The notes under the pieces: model-generated
Seen by the model: the letters and a program-made list of their open reading frames with translations, nothing else
Told to the model about the DNA's origin: nothing
The model's database searches: none
From: Candidatus Omnitrophota bacterium
GTDB taxonomy: Bacteria > Omnitrophota > Gorgyraeia > VGKH01
Assembly: GCA_022703055.1 (NCBI GenBank)
Contig: JAKLEP010000001.1
Coordinates: 218,850 to 282,849 of the forward strand
Length of the DNA stretch: 64,000 nt
Direction of reading: 5' to 3'
Part shown: piece after piece, positions 8,601 to 15,694 of the stretch
Position numbering within the stretch: position 1 is the first letter of the stretch
Layout of the letters: each line of letters opens with the position of its first letter
Translations under genes and position numbers: made by a program

Positions 8601-8927
8601 ATGAAGAAAGATAGCCAAAGAGGGATAAAACAAAGATATGAAGCCCCCTTAGTTTTTGATATGGGCAGCCCCAACATAAACGTCCTAGGCGTAACGGGTA
8701 AAATGTGTTATACCGGTTCCGGTGGAACAGCTAAATGCCAGGCCGGTTCCGGCGGCTTGGCGGGGATTTGTTCATCGGGCGCAAGCGTTGCTTCTAGCTG
8801 CGCGACAGGAAATGGTTTCGGCAGTTCAAGCTGCGCACCCGGCAGTGCACAAACGACCTGCGGCACGGGAAAGAATGCCAGTGGCACTTGCAGCAAAGGC
8901 AGCCCAGTAATGATCATACAAGAATAG
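8601..8927 (+). CDS. candidate RiPP precursor peptide, Cys/Gly/Ser-rich with 7 C-x-x-G repeats
   Basis: 108 aa. Strong SD AAAGGAGA (8588-8595). Leader-like aa 1-35 containing YEAPLVFDMG. Core aa 36-100 has Cys at 36, 46, 57, 67, 78, 87 and 97, each as C-x-x-G. Located between the two SPASM genes. Confidence 0.7.
   Translation: MKKDSQRGIKQRYEAPLVFDMGSPNINVLGVTGKMCYTGSGGTAKCQAGSGGLAGICSSGASVASSCATGNGFGSSSCAPGSAQTTCGTGKNASGTCSKGSPVMIIQE
8706..8900 (+). repeat. coding repeat: seven ~30-nt (9-11 codon) C-x-x-G units
   Basis: TGT/TGC codons at 8706, 8736, 8769, 8799, 8832, 8859 and 8889. CCGGTTCCGG recurs exactly at 8713-8722 and 8743-8752 (30-nt offset). My hand count gives about 58% GC over 8701-8900, against AT-rich flanks. 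Confidence 0.75.
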
Positions 8928-8937
8928 ACGGTAAATT

Positions 8938-10011
8938 ATGTATTCTGCGCCTTTGAATATATGTTTTGGGATTACCAGCCGTTGCAATTTAAGTTGCAAG
9001 CACTGCATAAACAGGAATATCCCCCATACAGATCCTGATTTGACTACCGAAGAACTATTTCGGGTTATTGATCAGTTGGGCGATGCTAAGGTGTTTCAGG
9101 TGAATATTTTTGGTGGGGAACCATTGACCCATCCTGATTTCTTCCTGATTGTTGAGCGACTGAATAAATATCCCATCAGGCTTACTTTAAACACTAACGG
9201 CACTTTGATTGACAGCAAGATAGCCAAGCGGTTAAAAGAACATAAGATAAGGGGAGTCACGGTGAGTTTCGACGGTTCCTGTCCCGAAGTTATGGACGCG
9301 GCTCGGGGTGTAGGTACTTTTAAGAAAAACATTAAAGGCATAGAGGCTCTTTTGTCAGAAGGTATCTACGTGTTATTGTCCGCGACATTAACCAAGATAA
9401 ACTATAAAGACACGCGGGGCATGACGATGCTGGGTAAAAAATTGGGCGCAAACCTCATCCGTTTTAACCACGTATTTTTCGCTGGCAATGCCGCCTGTTT
9501 TGCCAAAGAGATCTATCTTTCGCATGATGAAGAGTTAGGTACGATTGAAGAAATCCACCGGCTTAACAAAGAATTCCCCGGGTTTATCGATAATTCCAGC
9601 ACTTATTTGTGCCAGAGAGGGAAGTTGGAAGAAATGAAGGATTACGAGCCAGCTTACGATAAAATATCTGTTCCTCCTTGCGGTGCGGCACAGGATAAAT
9701 GCAATATCAGGCCCGACGGCTGGATAACGCCTTGCGAAATAATCTGGGAAGCCAAATGCGGCAACCTAAGAAAGCAAAGTTTTCTTGATATCTGGAGGAA
9801 TTCCAAGCTGATGAATGAATTCAGAAAGACATTAGAGATAGATTTGAACACAATACCCGAATGCAAAGGTTGCAAGTACCAGCTTATCTGTTTTATCGGC
9901 CATCGCTGCGATCCTTATTATTATCCCGGAGGGATCAAGGATCGTTCTGTTTATTGCTGGTTAAATAATGATAAAAAGAAAGGGAAGGTTCTAGATGTCG
10001 TCAAGCGATAA
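8938..10011 (+). CDS. radical SAM / SPASM-domain peptide maturase (2 of 2)
   Basis: 357 aa. CX3CX2C at C16/C20/C23 (RCNLSCKHC). C-terminal Cys clusters CGAAQDKCNIRPDGWITPC and CKGCKYQLICFIGHRC. Starts 10 nt after the precursor stop. Confidence 0.85.
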   Translation: MYSAPLNICFGITSRCNLSCKHCINRNIPHTDPDLTTEELFRVIDQLGDAKVFQVNIFGGEPLTHPDFFLIVERLNKYPIRLTLNTNGTLIDSKIAKRLKEHKIRGVTVSFDGSCPEVMDAARGVGTFKKNIKGIEALLSEGIYVLLSATLTKINYKDTRGMTMLGKKLGANLIRFNHVFFAGNAACFAKEIYLSHDEELGTIEEIHRLNKEFPGFIDNSSTYLCQRGKLEEMKDYEPAYDKISVPPCGAAQDKCNIRPDGWITPCEIIWEAKCGNLRKQSFLDIWRNSKLMNEFRKTLEIDLNTIPECKGCKYQLICFIGHRCDPYYYPGGIKDRSVYCWLNNDKKKGKVLDVVKR

Positions 10012-10261
10012 TCCAAAGGTGAGTTCGAAGATTGTTTACAGGGAAGAATCAGAAGGCGCCCTTTTATTTGACCCGGATACAGGCGCAGTAAAAATTTTAA
10101 ACGATACGGGTAAGTTTATTTGGGCTAACCTCGATGGAAAAACAAACAGGGATTCTTTGGTGGCTAAAATCAAGGAAGCTTTTGATATTTCTGATACAAA
10201 AAAGGTCAAAGAAGACCTGGATAAATTCTTAAGCGATTTGAAGAAGTTAAAGTTTATATAG
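9995..10261 (+). CDS. PqqD-family protein (RiPP recognition element), copy 1
   Basis: 88 aa. ALLFDPDTGAVKILNDTGKFIWANLDGKTNRDSLVAKI... follows the PqqD pattern (x-L-f-d...g..h.LN..a..iW..ldG). Overlaps the upstream SPASM gene by 17 nt. SD AGGGAAGG at 9981-9988. Confidence 0.8.
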   Translation: MSSSDNPKVSSKIVYREESEGALLFDPDTGAVKILNDTGKFIWANLDGKTNRDSLVAKIKEAFDISDTKKVKEDLDKFLSDLKKLKFI

Positions 10262-10307
10262 TTTTCTTTTTAACCCCCGCCTTTTAAGGATCAAAAGGTA
10301 TTTTTGT

Positions 10308-11444
10308 ATGCACGACCTAAAATTAAGCAAGTATATGTATGAGACGTTTGCGATAGGCTCAAATAATCAGCTGCCTATTTCGTCTGTGTGTAATGGGCAA
10401 TGTATTTTCTGCTCTAACAACATGAATCCTTTTACAATTTACCGTGAAGGTTTTCGCCCCCTGGCAGATATTAAAAAGGGCCTGGCGCTTTTAAATGTCG
10501 GGCCGAATGAAGAAATCCGTATCGGCGATAGCCTGCCTGGCAGGATTTCCGAGGGGGAGGCGCTTTTACATCCCGATATCTTAAAGGTTTTAAGGCTGAT
10601 AAGAGAAAGATTCCCCGGCAATGTCATCCAGATGAATACCAACGGGACAATCCTTGAGAAAAGTTTTATAGAGAAATTGATTCCTTTCAAACCGCTCAAA
10701 TTTACCATATCCTATCACTCCGATAATCCGAAATTCTGGTGCAAGATTTTTAAACTTAAGGAGAACAAATATAAAATAGTGCGGGAAGCGTTTTTTAATC
10801 TTTCAAAGAACGGTTTTATTATACAGGCGGCTTTGGTGCCCCTGCCGCATCTGGTTGGCTACGACGATATTGAGAATACTATCAAAGCGATAAATTTTTA
10901 TACTAAGGATGTAATTGTTTACGCTCCAGGCTACAGTTTCAAAGCCACGAAGGAATTAAAAGCATTCCTTAAGTCAGACTACGCGGAGTTGAGCCGTTTT
11001 ATTATAAAGATGAGAAAGAAATACGGCATGAATTTGGAGCTTTTCCCGGACCTCCTCAAGCCGATAGAATTTTTTCCCTACCGTGTAATGCAGAATACTT
11101 TTTTTGCTAAATTCAAAAACGTGCTTTGGCTTTTTTCTGAGGCGGCTTTCGAAAAAGGAAAAAAGGCTTTGCAGGAATGGAATGATTTTGTGCCAAACGA
11201 ACACCATGCCTTCCTTGCAAAGAATGATACCTACCGCGGCAATATTATCTGCAGCGGTTTATTAATGGTGAAGGACTACCGCAAGGCTATCAAAAAGGCT
11301 TTATCAGAGTTTAAGAAACAAGGTATTAAGATCGATTTAATAGTGTTGCCTTCAAATTCATTCGACAGGTATGGTGATGATTTACAAGGAGAGAATCATT
11401 CGAAGTTAAATGAAGAGTTTAAGCTTCCAGTTTGGCTTCGTTAA
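10308..11444 (+). CDS. radical SAM protein without SPASM tail (third rSAM of the operon)
   Basis: 378 aa. CX3CX2C at C28/C32/C35 (VCNGQCIFCSNN). No C-terminal Cys cluster. The C-terminal GNIICSGLLMVKDY segment reminds me of DUF512-type radical SAM proteins, but that is unverified. Confidence 0.65.
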   Translation: MHDLKLSKYMYETFAIGSNNQLPISSVCNGQCIFCSNNMNPFTIYREGFRPLADIKKGLALLNVGPNEEIRIGDSLPGRISEGEALLHPDILKVLRLIRERFPGNVIQMNTNGTILEKSFIEKLIPFKPLKFTISYHSDNPKFWCKIFKLKENKYKIVREAFFNLSKNGFIIQAALVPLPHLVGYDDIENTIKAINFYTKDVIVYAPGYSFKATKELKAFLKSDYAELSRFIIKMRKKYGMNLELFPDLLKPIEFFPYRVMQNTFFAKFKNVLWLFSEAAFEKGKKALQEWNDFVPNEHHAFLAKNDTYRGNIICSGLLMVKDYRKAIKKALSEFKKQGIKIDLIVLPSNSFDRYGDDLQGENHSKLNEEFKLPVWLR

Positions 11445-11478
11445 CAACCATAATGCCCTACCAAACCGTTAAATAAAC

Positions 11479-11751
11479 ATGAAAGTTAGACAAGCAAAAG
11501 ATATTTGCACTGGAATTTTCCCGGATGGCCTGGTGATATTCAGTCTAAAAACCTATTGTGCGCATGCATTGAATGACAGTGCCTCTTTGATTTGGAATTT
11601 TTGCAAGAAATCCAGGGCACCAGAGGAAATCGCAAGATTTATCGGCAGAAAATACACGATTGATTACTCTCTTGCCTTAAAAGACGCAGAGAAGTTTATC
11701 GGGCTCCTAGGAAAAAGGGGGCTTCTTGAGAAAACAATGTCTCATGAATAA
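11479..11751 (+). CDS. PqqD-family protein (RiPP recognition element), copy 2
   Basis: 90 aa. ...YCAHALNDSASLIWNFCKKSRAPEEIARFIGRKY..DAEKFIGLLGKRGLLE fits the PqqD winged-helix pattern. Confidence 0.7.
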   Translation: MKVRQAKDICTGIFPDGLVIFSLKTYCAHALNDSASLIWNFCKKSRAPEEIARFIGRKYTIDYSLALKDAEKFIGLLGKRGLLEKTMSHE

Positions 11752-12673
11752 TTTAACTTTAAACATAGCAAATATAAAATTAGACACAGCTTATAGGAAT
11801 ATCGTATCGATCCCTGATCCCTTTAGCGCTTTTAGAGCCAAGACAAATAATCCCGACAAAAATATCTGGCATCTTGAATCTTGCGGCATGTATAAGAAAG
11901 ATAAGCTTAAGGGCAAAGATTTAGCCGCCTGTAAAAAGAAGATTGGTTCAATACGAGAGAGATTCGAATCGGTGAATAGTAAATTATCAGATTGGAAAGA
12001 GAAAGGATATAATCTGGCTCGTCTTCCGTCGTATTATGCTCCTGGCCTTCATCGAATATCGTTTTATTTAAACGACCCGGTAAAAATAGATTTTAAAAAA
12101 AGGCAAATCAAACATTTCTATTTGAGGAATGGCGCCGTTAAACGGTTGGGAGACCTTGACTTTCGTTTAATTTCTTTTGCGTACTCGCAAATCTTGGCTT
12201 CTCAAGAGGGGATGCTTGTCCATTGCGCTTGCGTTGTAAGAAATAAAAAGGCTTATCTTTTCTTTGCCAAAGCGGGCGGCGGCAAGACAACGGTTGCCAA
12301 GTTGTCAAAGAAATATTGTGTTTTAGGAGATGATATAATCGCGGTCAGAAGAAAGAAAAATGGCTTTATTGCATTTCCTACTCCCTGGAGACAAAAAAAA
12401 TTTATCAATCCTAGCCCTAAAACATACGCACCAGTAAAAGCGGTGTTCTTTCTGCATAAATCAAAAAATATATATTTTAAGCCTCTTGCTGCGCAGGAGG
12501 CTTTGATGAGGCTTATTTCGCGGTGCATCCACTTTTTTTTATACACTGAAAATGAGCAGGCTAAAAAGGTATTTTTAACTGCTACGGATTTCTTTAAGAA
12601 AGTCCCGTCCTATGATATGTATTTTAGGAAGAGGGAAAATTTCTGGCCAGCATTAGAAAGAATCATAAAATGA
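11744..12673 (+). CDS. HPr kinase C-terminal-like P-loop protein (putative peptide kinase)
   Basis: GMLVHCACVVRNKKAYLFFAKAGGGKTTVAKLSKKYCVLGDDIIAV parallels the HprK_C core (h.vlv...g.gvLi.G.sG.GKS...L...lvaDD). I chose ATG 11744 (ATGAATAA overlap with the PqqD-2 stop) over the track TTG at 11726. Confidence 0.6.
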   Translation: MNNLTLNIANIKLDTAYRNIVSIPDPFSAFRAKTNNPDKNIWHLESCGMYKKDKLKGKDLAACKKKIGSIRERFESVNSKLSDWKEKGYNLARLPSYYAPGLHRISFYLNDPVKIDFKKRQIKHFYLRNGAVKRLGDLDFRLISFAYSQILASQEGMLVHCACVVRNKKAYLFFAKAGGGKTTVAKLSKKYCVLGDDIIAVRRKKNGFIAFPTPWRQKKFINPSPKTYAPVKAVFFLHKSKNIYFKPLAAQEALMRLISRCIHFFLYTENEQAKKVFLTATDFFKKVPSYDMYFRKRENFWPALERIIK

Positions 12674-14433
12674 ATAAATACGGTTTTAAAAATCTTTTTA
12701 ATTTTCTGAAATTTCTTAAGCCATATTGGAAAAAAGAAGTCTTCGTCTGGCTTTTGACTTTTATTGTGTCGCTGCTTTCGCTTGTCAACCCTATTATTGC
12801 AAAATTAATTATAGATAGGGCGTATCTGGGGAGGGATCTTGGGATTTTTATCAAGCTTGTCATATTAGCAGGTTTGATTTTTGTAATCTCGAATATTGCC
12901 GATATTGTATCTCAGCTTATCTCCGAATATATCGCTTCAAGGACAAAGTTCGATTTACAAAAAAAGATTTTTAGAAAAATAGATAATTTATCTTATAGTT
13001 TCTTTCAGAAGAAGACATCGGGAGAATATATTTACAGGATAAATAATGAAGCAGCGCAAGTAGCTACTTTTATGACGACTTTTTTCCCTAGGCTGCTAGA
13101 TATCATCCCGAGGCTCTTGCTTACCATCGCCATACTATTGTATTTAAATTGGAAGATATGCGTTTTAATCCTTGTTCTGACCTTGTTTTTATATATTCCA
13201 AATTTATTGTTAATCAAAAAGATAATGAAGAAATCGCAGCAGTTGTTGGAAAGCGCTCAGGATATCCTTGAGACCGCCAGAGAAATATTCTCCAATATGC
13301 AGGTAGTTAAGATTTTCGCTAAAGAAAAATATGAGAACCGGACTTTTATAAGCCGTCTCATAAATGACCTAAGAATTGAGATAGCCGACGCCAGATTGCA
13401 GCTTTGGAGTTCCGTCATAAATAATTGGATTAATAGATTAATTTTAGCGGCTATAACTATTTACGGAGGATATAGCATTATCAAGGGCAGTATGACGCTA
13501 GGAAGTTTCACCGCCATTATGATGTATATTGGCCAATTGGTTGGTTTACAGGGAACCTTGAGCAGTTTTTTTGTCAGTTTTTCAATAGGCAATATTTCTA
13601 TCAATAGAATTGCTGAGATTCTAGATTCTTGGCCGCAGGAGGCCGAAGATAAAGATGCGAGGGACTATTTATTGCCTTCCGGGAGAATCGAATTTCAAGG
13701 CGTAAGCTTCGGTTATTATCCCGATAAAAATGTCGTAGATAATTTGAGTTTCAAAATAGACGGTGGCTTGTCAGTAGGCCTAGTTGGGGCTTCCGGCACA
13801 GGAAAGACAACGATAGTCAATCTTGCGGTAAAACTGTACCCGATATCTAGAGGTAAAATATTCATCGGAGATAAAGATATAAAATTTATTAAGAATAATT
13901 CTTTGCGCAGTCAAATCGGCATGGCGATGCAAAAGCCTATTCTTTGGAATGATACCGTGCATAATAATTTAATTTACGGAAACCCCAAGGCGACAAAAGA
14001 CGAGATAGAACGCGCCTGCCGTATCGCCTGCGCCGATGAATTTATCCGGGATCTACCGCAGCAACTTCAAACCACTGTAGATGAGGCAGCTATCAGGCTT
14101 TCCGAAGGGCAGAAGCAGAGGATTTCGCTGGCCCGCGCCATTATCAAGAATCCGAAGATATTAATAATAGATGAGGGAATGTCTAGTCTGGATTCTCAGA
14201 CCGAAGACAGGATTATAGACAATTTAAGACGGGAATGCAGGGATAAAACTATCGTCGTGGTTTCCCACCGTCTATCTACGGTTAAGAAGCTAGACCTGAT
14301 TTATTTTCTGGAAGCTAAGGATAGAATAAGCATAGGTTCTCATGCGCAATTAGTAAAAGATAACGCAAGATACAAGGCTTTATTTGCCAGTCAGCTTGTA
14401 GAAGAAGGGCTAAGTTTAAAATTTGATGTTTAG
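12670..14433 (+). CDS. ABC exporter, fused permease/ATPase (MsbA/ABCB type), no C39 peptidase domain
   Basis: 587 aa. Six-TM N-terminal half. Walker A GASGTGKTT, signature LSEGQKQR, Walker B ILIIDEG. ATGA overlap with the upstream gene. Confidence 0.85.
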   Translation: MNKYGFKNLFNFLKFLKPYWKKEVFVWLLTFIVSLLSLVNPIIAKLIIDRAYLGRDLGIFIKLVILAGLIFVISNIADIVSQLISEYIASRTKFDLQKKIFRKIDNLSYSFFQKKTSGEYIYRINNEAAQVATFMTTFFPRLLDIIPRLLLTIAILLYLNWKICVLILVLTLFLYIPNLLLIKKIMKKSQQLLESAQDILETAREIFSNMQVVKIFAKEKYENRTFISRLINDLRIEIADARLQLWSSVINNWINRLILAAITIYGGYSIIKGSMTLGSFTAIMMYIGQLVGLQGTLSSFFVSFSIGNISINRIAEILDSWPQEAEDKDARDYLLPSGRIEFQGVSFGYYPDKNVVDNLSFKIDGGLSVGLVGASGTGKTTIVNLAVKLYPISRGKIFIGDKDIKFIKNNSLRSQIGMAMQKPILWNDTVHNNLIYGNPKATKDEIERACRIACADEFIRDLPQQLQTTVDEAAIRLSEGQKQRISLARAIIKNPKILIIDEGMSSLDSQTEDRIIDNLRRECRDKTIVVVSHRLSTVKKLDLIYFLEAKDRISIGSHAQLVKDNARYKALFASQLVEEGLSLKFDV

Positions 14434-15604
14434 CAGAAAGACTTCCTCCATAAAATCCTCTCAAATTGAAAATGATTTTTTGATTTCTTGCAGCAGAATA
14501 AATCTCGATGAAAAACAGCGTAGCGAGATAAACAGATTGGCAGGCCTTATATCGAACTGGCGCTCTATAACTTATCGGGCATTAAGGCAGGGCGTCGGTT
14601 CGTTTCTCTATAGCCATTTGTCGGCAATCGGCGAAATTTGGTCAAACTTGTCGGATGACAGTCGTGTTAGCCTGAAGCAGGTTTATTATAATACCTTGAT
14701 GAGGAACACCTCGATTAAGATTGAGCTGCAGAAAGTCATTGCATTATTAAATCAAGCCGATAAGCAAGTTATTGTCTTAAAAGGAGCCGCCCTTTTAGAT
14801 ACCGTATACCAAAATATTGCTCTTCGTCCGATGGTTGATATTGACTTATTGGTAAGAAGGCGTGATTTATCGGAAGTAAAGAATATCTTACAGGATTACG
14901 GATACTGCAAACCCGATTTTCTATCCGATGATAGCCTCGAGAAATTCGGAGGAGAAATCCATCTCTGTAAAAAAGATATATTCCTCGACATACATTCAAG
15001 CCTGTCCCAGTATGAGCGTTTTCAAAATGTTTTCAGGATTGATCTCGACGAGGATATCTGGGAAAAATCGGTCTTAGTCAAAACCGAAGCGGAAGAAAAG
15101 AAAATACTTTGCCCCAATCATCTGCTTATTCATCTATGTCTTCATCAAGCAATGGCTCATTATTTTAGGGGTTTATTTAGGTTTTCTGATCTGCGCGAGA
15201 CGATTTTAACTTATCAGAAAGAGTTGGATTGGAAATATATTTTCGAAAAGGCGGGAGAATATAAAATCAAAAAGATTATTTACTGCAGCTTGAATTTGAT
15301 GGAAGGGATTTTCGGTCCTGTTGTCCCAAGAGATGCTTTAGAGAGGTTGAAACCCCGGCGCATGTTCTTTTCTTTTTCCATAAGGAAGATCCTAAGCCTG
15401 CCGGATCAAGAAATCGGCTTCAGAAAATCTGTAGCTCAGCTTTTTTTAATGGATAGCGTAATGGCTTTACCCATAATTATATTTAGAGGCCTTTTTCCTT
15501 CCAATGAGTGGCTTAAATACAGATACGGTATTAATAAAAATAAAGATTTGGTTTTTTATCGTATCTTTCATCCCTTTATTACCATATTTAATATTCTTTC
15601 CTAA
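14426..15604 (+). CDS. uncharacterised nucleotidyltransferase family protein (PF14907/NTP_transf_5-like)
   Basis: VLKGAALLDTVYQNIALRPMVDIDLLV matches the hallmark LKG.al....Y....R.m.DiDlLV. Overlaps the ABC stop. ATG 14426 preferred over TTG 14423. Confidence 0.65.
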   Translation: MFSRKTSSIKSSQIENDFLISCSRINLDEKQRSEINRLAGLISNWRSITYRALRQGVGSFLYSHLSAIGEIWSNLSDDSRVSLKQVYYNTLMRNTSIKIELQKVIALLNQADKQVIVLKGAALLDTVYQNIALRPMVDIDLLVRRRDLSEVKNILQDYGYCKPDFLSDDSLEKFGGEIHLCKKDIFLDIHSSLSQYERFQNVFRIDLDEDIWEKSVLVKTEAEEKKILCPNHLLIHLCLHQAMAHYFRGLFRFSDLRETILTYQKELDWKYIFEKAGEYKIKKIIYCSLNLMEGIFGPVVPRDALERLKPRRMFFSFSIRKILSLPDQEIGFRKSVAQLFLMDSVMALPIIIFRGLFPSNEWLKYRYGINKNKDLVFYRIFHPFITIFNILS

Positions 15605-15635
15605 CTCTTTCTTTTGCAAAAGTTTAAGTCTTTTC

Positions 15636-15664
15636 TTGACTTTAAAGTAATTATTAGATATATT
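15636..15664 (+). promoter_or_regulatory. sigma70-type promoter of the polysaccharide locus
   Basis: TTGACT (15636-15641), 17-nt spacer, TATATT (15659-15664). 31 nt upstream of ATG 15695. Confidence 0.55.
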
Positions 15665-15694
15665 AAAAGATAAGTATTGGAAAAATAATAAATT

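Noticed and set aside
8708-9008. Three overlapping ORFs in other frames or on the other strand across the precursor gene (8708-8917 minus, 8722-8910 plus, 8826-9008 minus).
   Set aside because: They lie in the locally GC-rich (~58%), stop-poor repeat region. They lack an SD and translate to Ala/Pro/Gln-rich low-complexity sequence. The frame with the strong SD and the periodic Cys pattern (8601-8927) explains the region.
15611-15622. Perfect palindrome CTTTTGCAAAAG after the nucleotidyltransferase gene, as a possible terminator.
   Set aside because: It has no loop and only A/T-rich pairing, so it is unlikely to form a stable terminator hairpin.
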